From the sequence record PQ863253.1: a stretch of DNA of 64,000 bases. One strand, written 5' to 3'. Position numbers and translations under genes: made by a program. Under the pieces are notes generated by a model. It saw only the letters and a program-made list of their open reading frames with translations. It searched no databases and was not told the origin of the DNA. This document shows positions 22,303 to 31,657 of this stretch, piece after piece; positions within the stretch are counted from its first letter, which is position 1; each line of letters begins with the position of its first letter. Origin of the DNA: Escherichia phage Ptacy1496.

Positions 22303-23397
22303 ATGGCAATTGTTAAAGAAATAACTGCTGATTTAATTAAAAAGTCCGGTGAGAAAATTTCAGCCGGACAGAGTACTAAATCAGAAGTAGCAACTAAAAC
22401 ATACACTGCCCAGTTTCCAACTGGGCGTGCTAGTGGTAATGACACTACAGGGGACTTCCAGGTAACAGATCTATATAAGAATGGATTATTATTTACTGCA
22501 TACAATATGTCATCTAGGGATTCTGGAAGTCTTAGAACGATGAGATCTAACTACTCTTCTTCATCTTCGAGTATTTTACGTACAGCCAGAAACACTATCA
22601 GTAATACAGTATCAAAACTATCAAATGGACTAATATCAGATAATAATTCAGGAACAATAAGTAAAGTTCCTGTTGCAAATATTCTTTTACCTAGATCTAA
22701 ATCTGACGTCGATACGTCATCACATAGATTTAATGATGTTCAAGATAGTCTTATTACAAAAGGTGGAGGTACTGCTACTGGTGTGCTAAGCAATATGGCT
22801 TCAACCGCAGTATTTGGAGCGCTGGAAAGTATAACACAAGGTATAATGGCTGATAATAATGAACAGATTTATACGACAGCCAGAAGCATGTACGGCGGTG
22901 CTGAAAATAGAACTAAAGTGTTCACTTGGGATTTGACTCCGCGCTCAACAGAAGATTTAATGGCTATTATTAATATCTATCAGTATTTTAACTATTTTTC
23001 TTACGGTGAAACTGGTAAATCTCAATATGCTGCTGAAATAAAAGGATATCTAGATGAGTGGTACCGTTCTACTTTTATTGAGCCGTTAACTCCAGAAGAT
23101 GCAGTTAAAAATAAGACGTTATTTGAGAAAATGACATCGAGTTTAACTAACGTTCTTGTAGTTTCAAACCCGACAATTTGGATGGTGAAAAACTTTGGTG
23201 CAACATCTAAGTTTGATGGAAAAACGGAAATATTCGGTCCATGTCAAATCCAGAGTATCAGATTTGATAAAACACCTAATGGTAACTTTAACGGATTAGC
23301 TATTGCTCCAAATCTCCCTAGTACATTTACTCTCGAGATTACTATGAGAGAAATTATCACGTTAAACCGTGCTTCTTTATATGCGGGGACTTTTTAA
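22303..23397 (+). CDS. 48: Baseplate tail tube cap gp48
   Basis: 364 aa, T4 gp48 length. Confidence 0.92.
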   Translation: MAIVKEITADLIKKSGEKISAGQSTKSEVATKTYTAQFPTGRASGNDTTGDFQVTDLYKNGLLFTAYNMSSRDSGSLRTMRSNYSSSSSSILRTARNTISNTVSKLSNGLISDNNSGTISKVPVANILLPRSKSDVDTSSHRFNDVQDSLITKGGGTATGVLSNMASTAVFGALESITQGIMADNNEQIYTTARSMYGGAENRTKVFTWDLTPRSTEDLMAIINIYQYFNYFSYGETGKSQYAAEIKGYLDEWYRSTFIEPLTPEDAVKNKTLFEKMTSSLTNVLVVSNPTIWMVKNFGATSKFDGKTEIFGPCQIQSIRFDKTPNGNFNGLAIAPNLPSTFTLEITMREIITLNRASLYAGTF

Positions 23398-24362
23398 TGT
23401 ATTCTTTAGAGGAATTTAATAATCAAGCAATAAACGCAGATTTCCAACGTAATAATATGTTCAGCTGTGTTTTTGCTACAACTCCATCAACTAAAAGCTC
23501 TTCGTTGATAAGTTCAATTAGCAACTTTTCTTATAATAACTTGGGCCTAAATTCAGATTGGTTAGGATTAACTCAAGGCGATATTAATCAGGGAATTACT
23601 ACGCTAATTACAGCTGGCACACAAAAACTGATAAGAAAATCAGGGGTTAGTAAATATCTTATTGGTGCCATGAGTCAACGTACAGTTCAAAGTTTATTAG
23701 GCTCATTTACAGTTGGTACATATTTAATTGACTTCTTTAACATGGCATATAACTCATCTGGATTGATGATATACTCTGTAAAAATGCCAGAGAATAGATT
23801 ATCCTATGAAACTGACTGGAACTATAATTCTCCTAATATTCGTATAACTGGGAGAGAATTAGACCCTTTGGTTATTTCATTCAGAATGGATTCAGAAGCT
23901 TGTAACTATCGTGCAATGCAAGACTGGGTTAACGCTGTTCAAGACCCAGTAACTGGATTGCGTGCTTTGCCGCAAGATGTCGAGGCTGATATTCAGGTTA
24001 ATCTTCATTCTCGCAATGGATTACCACATACTGCGGTGATGTTCACTGGATGCATTCCAGTGTCCGTAAGCGCTCCTGAGTTATCATATGATGGAGATAA
24101 CCAAATAACTACATTTGATGTTACTTTTGCGTATAGAGTCATGCAGGCTGGAGCAGTTGATAGACAAGCTGCGCTTGAATGGCTTGAATCTGCTGCTATA
24201 AATGGTATTCAAAGCGTTCTCGGAAATAGTGGAGGTGTCACTGGACTATCTAATTCGCTTTCACGACTTAGTAGATTAGGGGGAACTGCAGGAAGCATTT
24301 CAAATATTAACACTATGACAGGAATTGTCAATTCGCAAAGTAAAATATTAGGAGCAATATAA
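23397..24362 (+). CDS. 54: Baseplate tail tube initiator gp54
   Basis: 321 aa; followed by terminator hairpin. Confidence 0.92.
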   Translation: MYSLEEFNNQAINADFQRNNMFSCVFATTPSTKSSSLISSISNFSYNNLGLNSDWLGLTQGDINQGITTLITAGTQKLIRKSGVSKYLIGAMSQRTVQSLLGSFTVGTYLIDFFNMAYNSSGLMIYSVKMPENRLSYETDWNYNSPNIRITGRELDPLVISFRMDSEACNYRAMQDWVNAVQDPVTGLRALPQDVEADIQVNLHSRNGLPHTAVMFTGCIPVSVSAPELSYDGDNQITTFDVTFAYRVMQAGAVDRQAALEWLESAAINGIQSVLGNSGGVTGLSNSLSRLSRLGGTAGSISNINTMTGIVNSQSKILGAI

Positions 24363-24364
24363 CA

Positions 24365-24396
24365 ATGGGGACCTTTCGGTCCCCATATTTTTATTT
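24365..24396 (+). terminator. Rho-independent terminator after gene 54
   Basis: ATGGGGACC-TTTC-GGTCCCCAT followed by ATTTTTATTT. Confidence 0.8.
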
Positions 24397-24681
24397 ACGG
24401 AATGAAATGAAAGCAGCAACTGAAGCAACTAAACTGTCTTCAATATAAACTTCAATTTTTACCGGAGCTTCTGACTCAAATTTACCTGTTACTACACCCT
24501 GAAAAATACTTTCAGTCTGTTCTGGCTTTGAAAAATTTTCAGAAGGAAAAATTCCGAACTTTTTATCTGTTCCAAAAATTTTGATAAATTCATCGTAAAC
24601 TGCTTCATTAAAAGCATTATCAGCAGGAATAACGCCTTCAACTACAAGTTCTTGACCTAAAAAGCGCAAAGAAGATTTCAT
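24391..24681 (-). CDS. Hypothetical protein (T4 alt.-3 position)
   Basis: 96 aa; SD GAGGA; conserved early promoter upstream. Confidence 0.7.
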   Translation of the reverse strand: MKSSLRFLGQELVVEGVIPADNAFNEAVYDEFIKIFGTDKKFGIFPSENFSKPEQTESIFQGVVTGKFESEAPVKIEVYIEDSLVASVAAFISFRK

Positions 24682-24712
24682 TTTGTGTTCCTCATGTTAT
24701 GTCAGTAAGACT

Positions 24713-24742
24713 ACTATAACACAACACGAGGGACTTGTAAAC
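24713..24742 (-). promoter_or_regulatory. T4-type early promoter (GTTTAC -35, TGn-TATAGT -10) upstream of the alt.-3-position ORF
   Basis: Minus strand reads GTTTAC-17/18 nt-TATAGT; part of a 53-bp block duplicated at 39948-40000. Confidence 0.7.
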
Positions 24743-26799
24743 TACATCTTGAACTTTTTAGACATTCCGTTGATGTTAACCAAAGAAGCTAAGATTTGAG
24801 AAACTTCGTTTTCCTCTTCTTTTGATTCTTCTACAAGGAATTGATTAAATCCAGCCATTGGACGAACTTCACCAGTTTCCATTAGATGGTCGCCATCATA
24901 TACTGATTCTTCTAATTGTTCAGAAGGAGGAACGATTGTACCTTCGATTAGATACTTGTTATAAGCAGTTTCTTTCATAAAGTAAGTACTTACTTTATTA
25001 ATCTTCAGTAAAATTCCACGTGGTAGAATAACTTCAGCTTCTGACGGAAATCCTGATAAATGACCCGGAACGATAACTTTGATTCGCTCAGCTCCTTTAA
25101 TTACCATACCCACGCTAGTTTCAGCATCTTCATTAGCATATGTAGAATGACTACCCATATGCATCAAATCTTCTGCATCAACGGAACCTTCTCCTTCACC
25201 AGAAAATACTGCGCCGGAATCATCTAGAGCCATATAGTTTTTACCATGCTCACCGAAGATATTTGGTTTAAGCGATGTGGATACGAAGTTCTTGAAATAG
25301 AACATTTTATTTTCAATGTTATGACGCAAAGTTTTAAAGGTAACTTCTTGTCCACGGTAAAGTGTAGTTCCTGGAGGAAGAACTGAACCTTTAGCGAATG
25401 CAGAATCAAGCGTCTCAATATGTTTAATAGCTCGTTCCATATATTCTTCACGGGTAGAATCTGGTTTACCCAAAAGGAACGAGTTCATTTCAACATATGA
25501 ATCTGCACAATAATCTTCAATTACATCAGATTCAGCTTGAGTTAATCCTTTTGGAGTTACTTCAGTGCTTGCGTATTCATATGCCTGAGCAGCAGATTCA
25601 TTAATCAATTTATAAATGCCATTCATGACAAATTGAATAATAGCTGTCTTTTCATCTGGCGTAGCTTTAGAACCTTTAACCAAATCATTGATAATTTTCT
25701 TAATAACATCAAAGCTATTAGAAATATTAATATCAGCAAGATCGCTTAAAATTTTATCAGTCTTATAATCAAAGAATTCTTTATTCTTTAAATATTCTTG
25801 AGAACCTTGATATGTTATATCGCTCTGTAACTTGATAAATGGATCACGTAAACGTGCATGGGCTAATGCAATATGATTTCGGAAGCTTTCGAGTTCATAA
25901 TCACTAGATTTAAAACGAGAAGCGCTTCTCATACCGCCTATAGCTCCTTTGCTGAAGTTTGAACCAATTTGAATAACGCCAGAGTTCATTGGTCCTTCTG
26001 CTTTATACACCGGAACTTTAGATTCAAACTCTTGATATTTCTTAGCAGCGAAGCTATCACCCTGAAGTGAAGCATCAACAGTAGAATATTGAGCTTGTGC
26101 TGCTAATCGACGACTAATTTTAGTTTTCTGAATAACAGCTTGGTCCGTGCGCTTATCATTTTCTAAAGCAATAGAAGCAGCAACAGCGACAGCTTTAGGA
26201 ACAGCATTTCCTGTTTTAACGTCTACATAAACATCACCGACCTTTGATTCAACTTTTGTGAATAACTCAGTTGAAATAGGAGGTACACCTGGAATGTCTT
26301 CTAAATTGGCATTTTTACGATAAACCATAATATATGCGTACTTTTTATCATAATCCCAGATTTCCTTTAAAAGAACATATCGACCTGCTCCTTTAGTACG
26401 TACTAAACGGTCAGCAATAACTTGCATTTGACGAGCAGCGCCATTTGTTTTACTCTTTAGTACGCGGAATAAGCATGCATCAATTTTATACTGTTTCATT
26501 GTTTGAAGAGCAGTATCAAAAACAGCGTTAATGACGCCAATTGGATTTCCACCCAAGTTTCTAAGTTTAACCAGTGATAATTTCTCGTTGACACCTATCA
26601 TTACGATATGCATCATTTTATCGCCCGGCTTAACGTTTTTATTTGTATCACCTCCAGAGGTGTATGTACAAAATCTAAATCCAGGAAGCACGCTTTCTTC
26701 GCCGGCTTGAATAGCAAAAATTTGAGGTATTTTATGCTTAGGATTTAAGTTAACAACCGGCGCCGAAGCGCCGTCAAATAATTCTGTAATAAGTTCCAT
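24742..26799 (-). CDS. Alt-like ADP-ribosyltransferase paralog (intact, 685 aa)
   Basis: N-terminal ~230 aa closely related to Alt (MELITELFD...); ART signature R (TLYRGQ), STS (FVSTSL), ExE (EAEVILPRG). Confidence 0.85.
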   Translation of the reverse strand: MELITELFDGASAPVVNLNPKHKIPQIFAIQAGEESVLPGFRFCTYTSGGDTNKNVKPGDKMMHIVMIGVNEKLSLVKLRNLGGNPIGVINAVFDTALQTMKQYKIDACLFRVLKSKTNGAARQMQVIADRLVRTKGAGRYVLLKEIWDYDKKYAYIMVYRKNANLEDIPGVPPISTELFTKVESKVGDVYVDVKTGNAVPKAVAVAASIALENDKRTDQAVIQKTKISRRLAAQAQYSTVDASLQGDSFAAKKYQEFESKVPVYKAEGPMNSGVIQIGSNFSKGAIGGMRSASRFKSSDYELESFRNHIALAHARLRDPFIKLQSDITYQGSQEYLKNKEFFDYKTDKILSDLADINISNSFDVIKKIINDLVKGSKATPDEKTAIIQFVMNGIYKLINESAAQAYEYASTEVTPKGLTQAESDVIEDYCADSYVEMNSFLLGKPDSTREEYMERAIKHIETLDSAFAKGSVLPPGTTLYRGQEVTFKTLRHNIENKMFYFKNFVSTSLKPNIFGEHGKNYMALDDSGAVFSGEGEGSVDAEDLMHMGSHSTYANEDAETSVGMVIKGAERIKVIVPGHLSGFPSEAEVILPRGILLKINKVSTYFMKETAYNKYLIEGTIVPPSEQLEESVYDGDHLMETGEVRPMAGFNQFLVEESKEEENEVSQILASLVNINGMSKKFKM

Positions 26800-26802
26800 G
26801 AT

Positions 26803-28851
26803 TTATCCTTGAACGAACTTGTAAGGCATGTTTGTAATATCTATGCAAGACGCAATAATTCCAAGAGATGATTCTACTTTCTGTTTAACATTTGATGAAA
26901 CAAATGATGCAAAGTCAACTCTATCTTCTATATCACCTGTCATTGTAACTACTTCGCCGGTTTCCATTAAACGGTCACCGTCATAAATTACTGATTCGGT
27001 GAGTTCTTCGGTGGTCATAACTTCAGCTTGAATAAGCTTGTTGTTAGTTTTGACTGTTCCATCATTGTAAGATGCATCAGTTATTTTATTAACTTTGACC
27101 ATTAATCCACGTGGCAAAATGACTTCCATTTCATTTGAAGGCGCTAAACTTCCACCGGGTAAAACAACATTGACTTTATCAGCCCCAGTAATAACCCATC
27201 CAATTCCGACTAAATTATCGCTAGAATTAACAAGCCCTTCATCATTTTTATCGATAGAAATGTTTAGACGCTTTTCATCTGGTAAAACACCAACAGCTGA
27301 ATCAGTCATCCAAGTACCAAAAATGTTTGGATATAATGATGTTGATACAAAATTTCTAAAATAAAAAACTCGATTTTTTACCATTGCTTCGTATATTGAA
27401 GGTAACATTCGTTGTGAACGATACAAAGTAATACCTTTTGGTAATCGTTCACCATTTTTAAAGGCTGAATCTAAATTATCAATAGCTTTTTCTATGTCAG
27501 ATGCTGTCAAAATACTTGTACGCTCATCTGGATTATATAATCCCAAAAGAGCATTATTTATGTCTACATATCCTGAACCTACGTATTCACGAATTCCGCG
27601 TTTTTGTGCTGGTGTGTATTTAGATGAATCTTTATTTTCGACTATAGGATGTAATGACCATCCAGCTGTAAGAGCATATCCACGTAATTCTCTTCGAATA
27701 ATCTTTGTTTTTATTGCATTCCAAGAATTTTGTACTAACTCATTTGCAGCATCTTGGTTTAAATGCGAATGTTTGTTAATATTTCTTTCAAACCAAGCAC
27801 CTTTATATTTTTCTAAAGTATCATCGACGATAGAAGCAATAGTTTCTAAAGTTTTTATTGAAGTAATAGATTCTTTTCGTAATTTTTCTAAAGCTTTATT
27901 TTTTATTTCTGCATTAATAATGGATTCTTTATCTTCAGGAATTATAGAAGCTTCTCTGAATGCCATCCCAGCTGTAACATTGCTAAGAGCATTCTCTAGT
28001 GCAAATCCTGAAGTAGAAATTACCGTTAATTCATTAGAATCAGAAATTAAAGGCGCATCAGCGGGTTTATTTAATTCTGCTGCTGAAGCCTCAAATTTTT
28101 GAAACATCGGTGTTTCAAATCTAGAAGATTCCAATGACTGACTTTGTGCAATTGCTCTACGGGAAATTTTAACTTTAACGATTACAGCTTGGTCAGAACG
28201 TTTATCATTTTCTTGTGCAATAGATGCTGCAATTGCCTCATTTTTGGTTACTTGAGCTCCGGTATCTTTATTGATATAAACATCACCGACCTTCGATTCA
28301 ACTTTAGTAAAGAGCTCGGTACTAATTTCCGGAACTCCTGGAATGTCTTCTAGTGATACATTTTTGCGATGTATAAGAATATATGCATACTTTTTATCAT
28401 AATCCCAGAGTTCCTTAAGAAGGACGTATCTGCCACCTGAACGACTACGGATAAGTCTATCAGCAATAACTTGAATTTGTCGAGCTTGACCAGCGGTTTT
28501 AGACTTAAGAATACGAAGCATACAAGCATCAATTTTATACTGACGCATTGTTTGCATTGCAACAGTAAAAACTGAATTGATATAATTAATTGGGCTTGGA
28601 CCAAGACCTTTTAATTTAGCAATTGAACCTTTAGCGGTTAATGTAAAAGGAACAATATGCATCATTTTATCGCCCATTTTTAAATCGCGATTAGTATCAC
28701 CTCCAGATGTATAGGTACATAAACGAAAGCCTGGTTGTTCAATTGCATCATCAACATGAACTGAAAAAATTTGCGGTATTTTCTTCTTTGGATTTAAGTT
28801 TGTAATCGGAAGAGTAGTATCTTCGTCAAATAATTCTGTAATAAGTTCCAT
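26803..28851 (-). CDS. alt: Alt ADP-ribosyltransferase (packaged, modifies host RNA polymerase)
   Basis: 682 aa from second Met, T4 Alt length; R (TLYRSQ), STS, ExE (EMEVILPRG); late promoter on minus strand upstream. Confidence 0.92.
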   Translation of the reverse strand: MELITELFDEDTTLPITNLNPKKKIPQIFSVHVDDAIEQPGFRLCTYTSGGDTNRDLKMGDKMMHIVPFTLTAKGSIAKLKGLGPSPINYINSVFTVAMQTMRQYKIDACMLRILKSKTAGQARQIQVIADRLIRSRSGGRYVLLKELWDYDKKYAYILIHRKNVSLEDIPGVPEISTELFTKVESKVGDVYINKDTGAQVTKNEAIAASIAQENDKRSDQAVIVKVKISRRAIAQSQSLESSRFETPMFQKFEASAAELNKPADAPLISDSNELTVISTSGFALENALSNVTAGMAFREASIIPEDKESIINAEIKNKALEKLRKESITSIKTLETIASIVDDTLEKYKGAWFERNINKHSHLNQDAANELVQNSWNAIKTKIIRRELRGYALTAGWSLHPIVENKDSSKYTPAQKRGIREYVGSGYVDINNALLGLYNPDERTSILTASDIEKAIDNLDSAFKNGERLPKGITLYRSQRMLPSIYEAMVKNRVFYFRNFVSTSLYPNIFGTWMTDSAVGVLPDEKRLNISIDKNDEGLVNSSDNLVGIGWVITGADKVNVVLPGGSLAPSNEMEVILPRGLMVKVNKITDASYNDGTVKTNNKLIQAEVMTTEELTESVIYDGDRLMETGEVVTMTGDIEDRVDFASFVSSNVKQKVESSLGIIASCIDITNMPYKFVQG

Positions 28852-28874
28852 CATAGCCTCTCTAGTGTTTATTC

Positions 28875-28882
28875 TATTTATA
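28875..28882 (-). promoter_or_regulatory. Late promoter TATAAATA (minus strand) upstream of alt
   Basis: Exact consensus on minus strand about 20 nt upstream of alt start. Confidence 0.6.
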
Positions 28883-28887
28883 AAATT

Positions 28888-28905
28888 AAAGGCCCGAAGG
28901 CCTTT
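28888..28905. terminator. Hairpin between gene 30 cluster and alt
   Basis: AAAGGCC-CGAA-GGCCTTT. Confidence 0.5.
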
Positions 28906-29092
28906 AGTAATCTAGTGGTAAGAGAGTACGATATATTTCAAACTTTGGTCCTTTTTCATAGGCATCAAATGTTTCTGTAAATTTATTATAAGCGTATGCA
29001 TCTACAAATTCGAGAATGACTTGTGATACAGAAGTAGAAACATCTCCACCTTCTTTTTGAGCAATGACAATTGTTTCTAAGTAAGCTTTCAT
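28904..29092 (-). CDS. Hypothetical small protein
   Basis: 62 aa ORF between gene 30 and alt, 4-nt overlap with gene 30 stop. Confidence 0.6.
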   Translation of the reverse strand: MKAYLETIVIAQKEGGDVSTSVSQVILEFVDAYAYNKFTETFDAYEKGPKFEIYRTLLPLDY

Positions 29093-30552
29093 AAACCAGT
29101 TACCTCATGAAAATCACCAAATACATCCTCGAATGTATTAGCTTTAGTTTTATCTTCACGTAAACGAATCGCAATCGGAAGAAATAATTTAACGTAATCA
29201 GTGCGGCCGTCAGATTTTAACCAACCGTTGCATTCGCACTCTAGAATTTTTCCAATATAATAATTTTGGTTTTCCATAATGCGAGTACGGTCAAGTTCAT
29301 GCGATTTTACACCGGCTTTATCTTTTAAGCCTGAACCAGCATTTACCTTAATTTTTCCACACTCTGATTCAAGAATAAATCCACCCGCTTTAGTAGGGTC
29401 TTTACGGTGAGGATAAATTCCTACAATTTTTAAATCAACATCAATTACTTCTTTAAATTTATAGAGATTTTTTGAACGAGCATTTTCCCACAATCCATCG
29501 GTATTTTTGAGAATAATACCTTCAAGACCTTGGTCAATATACTTTTTATAAATTACCTTAGCTTCATCTAGGTTATTTACTACCTGGTTTTCAATTAAAA
29601 TTACTTTATCATAACCTGATGTCATTTGTTCTAGTTTAGAAAAACGTACATCATATTTCAAACGAAATGCAGGAAGACCGTATATTTCTACCAACGGGAC
29701 ATAATCCCAGACCTGAAACTTCATGCATTGAGCTTCTTTTTCAGAAATGGTTCCCTTTAAAGATTTATTGGCGATGCCATTAGATGCAGTACGTGATTCA
29801 GCTACTTCGGCGAATTCTTTAGCTTTACTAATTTCAGGATAAGCATCAAAAAGAAAATCTAGGCCTTCTGGCTCCTTTTCAACTTGCTCATGGTATACCA
29901 ATTCGCCATCAATTAACACACCTTCTGGATGAATCTGGCGAGCTTCTGCAGTCATTTTGATTAACTCTTCCTTAAGAAGATCTAATCCTAGATATTCATT
30001 ACCAGCTCGTGATAAAAGACGAACATCATCTAATTCATCACCTCTGACTTCAGCAAAACACCGAGCTCCATCAGCTTTTAACTGGGCAAAGGCTGGAAAT
30101 TTGATATTCTTATTAATGCCTTTTTCATCATAAGAACTTGCAAGCATTTGAGGTTGTTCAGGAATTAAACCTGGCCAAACTTTGTTTGCAATAGATACTG
30201 AAGCACCGCATTCAAGGTCTCGCATCATCACCCGACGCAAAACTTCAACATCATCTTTTTTACCGTCAGTAATATATCCAGTTAATTCCTCAATTGCCGC
30301 ATTTCCAGTCAATTTCCGAGTAGCTAACGTGAATTCAATGAAGTCAAGCATATCGGTAAGAGTCAACATTCCAAAACTCTGGGTAGCAATACCCGGTTTA
30401 GGCCATTTCTTGATATAATACTGTAACCCACGAGAATAAGTCAGACGATATACTCGTTTAAGCAATTCATTATCTTTATTCTTTTCAAGAATTGCTTGCT
30501 TCTGCTTAGTTGAACCAATAGATGCTATTTCGTTCAGAATTTTAAGAATCAT
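29089..30552 (-). CDS. 30: ATP-dependent DNA ligase gp30
   Basis: 487 aa, T4 DNA ligase length; adenylation lysine motif. Confidence 0.95.
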   Translation of the reverse strand: MILKILNEIASIGSTKQKQAILEKNKDNELLKRVYRLTYSRGLQYYIKKWPKPGIATQSFGMLTLTDMLDFIEFTLATRKLTGNAAIEELTGYITDGKKDDVEVLRRVMMRDLECGASVSIANKVWPGLIPEQPQMLASSYDEKGINKNIKFPAFAQLKADGARCFAEVRGDELDDVRLLSRAGNEYLGLDLLKEELIKMTAEARQIHPEGVLIDGELVYHEQVEKEPEGLDFLFDAYPEISKAKEFAEVAESRTASNGIANKSLKGTISEKEAQCMKFQVWDYVPLVEIYGLPAFRLKYDVRFSKLEQMTSGYDKVILIENQVVNNLDEAKVIYKKYIDQGLEGIILKNTDGLWENARSKNLYKFKEVIDVDLKIVGIYPHRKDPTKAGGFILESECGKIKVNAGSGLKDKAGVKSHELDRTRIMENQNYYIGKILECECNGWLKSDGRTDYVKLFLPIAIRLREDKTKANTFEDVFGDFHEVTGL

Positions 30553-30818
30553 TGTTCATCCTTTAGAGTTTGGTTTACAGCTCTATTATAAATCAATTCA
30601 TCATTAAGCTCAGTCAAAGACCTGTGGTACGTGGTTCTAACTTTATTTCCTTGCATCCAGTGCTTGACATAAATGAAACCTTGCTCTACACATTTTTTAA
30701 AAATTCGTTCGTCTTTTTGAGCTCGGAATTCTGGATTGCATCTAAAAAATTGATTTACGTGACCGTAATCACGTGTAGTATTACCTTCATTTTCATAAAT
30801 AGTATGAACAACAAACAT
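30549..30818 (-). CDS. Hypothetical protein (30.1-type)
   Basis: 89 aa ORF, overlapping stops/starts with neighbours. Confidence 0.7.
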   Translation of the reverse strand: MFVVHTIYENEGNTTRDYGHVNQFFRCNPEFRAQKDERIFKKCVEQGFIYVKHWMQGNKVRTTYHRSLTELNDELIYNRAVNQTLKDEQ

Positions 30819-31657
30819 TAGAATGCTCCTTGGAAAATATTATCACCACTAGTAGGTCTATTATACAAATACTCTATGCCACCAGGTTTAATATAGTTCC
30901 ATGTCTGAAACGGATGTGTCTGATATGGATGATATAGATGATTATAAGGATTAAATCCAGGAGTTCTCCAGGTAGTGTTCCAAGGAAAAGAATCGTTTTT
31001 GATCATCTTCTCAATTACATCTTTTATAGCTTTTTCACTATCAAAACTTTCTTTATTTTCCTTTGGTGAAAAAAGCTTATTTTCTACATCATTCCATGTA
31101 TAAACTCGCTGTGCAGTTTTTGGAATATTGTCACGCTCTCCTCGAGCCATCCAATAAACAGGAACATTTAATATTTCACTCGCGTGATCGCAGTGGTGAG
31201 CGAGATCGTCAATATAACAAATTACGTTATATTTCTCTTTTGCCTTTTTGAACAACTCTTCTTTTGAAGAATCATGACCACACATCAATACTTCTGAGAA
31301 GGCACCAGGAAAAAGAGCATTCAAATTAAATTGACGATTCAGCAGAGCGTCAATAGAATCACCCAATGCTGTAACAGCTACAAAATTATAATCTTCTTTT
31401 AATTTGTTAATTACACACAGGGCATCTTTATATGGAGACAAGTAACGAATAAAATCTGAACGATTGTATTTTTCAATTAACTTGACGCCAAGTTCTTCAT
31501 CACAATTAAAGAGTTTACCAGGAGAAATAAATTTCTCATCTTGGATCATTTTTAAAATATGTTCTAACGGAAGATTATATTTCTGAGCAAAATAAGGAAG
31601 GCCTGATTGCCAGCTTAAACATACTCCATCAATATCAGTTAAAATAGTAGGCTTCAT
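30818..31657 (-). CDS. HAD-superfamily phosphatase / nucleotidase-like protein with aromatic Pro-rich C-terminal tail
   Basis: 279 aa; N-terminal HAD motif I ILTDIDGV. Confidence 0.7.
   Translation of the reverse strand: MKPTILTDIDGVCLSWQSGLPYFAQKYNLPLEHILKMIQDEKFISPGKLFNCDEELGVKLIEKYNRSDFIRYLSPYKDALCVINKLKEDYNFVAVTALGDSIDALLNRQFNLNALFPGAFSEVLMCGHDSSKEELFKKAKEKYNVICYIDDLAHHCDHASEILNVPVYWMARGERDNIPKTAQRVYTWNDVENKLFSPKENKESFDSEKAIKDVIEKMIKNDSFPWNTTWRTPGFNPYNHLYHPYQTHPFQTWNYIKPGGIEYLYNRPTSGDNIFQGAF

Noticed and set aside
24690-24742. 53-bp near-identical repeats as terminal repeats of a mobile element
   Set aside because: Both copies are in direct orientation, have canonical T4 early promoter architecture and sit immediately upstream of genes; no transposase or integrase lies between them.
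27494-28102. 202-aa plus-strand ORF (and smaller ones at 27095-27364, 28144-28353)
   Set aside because: Entirely antisense within alt; the surrounding block is uniformly minus-strand and compact.
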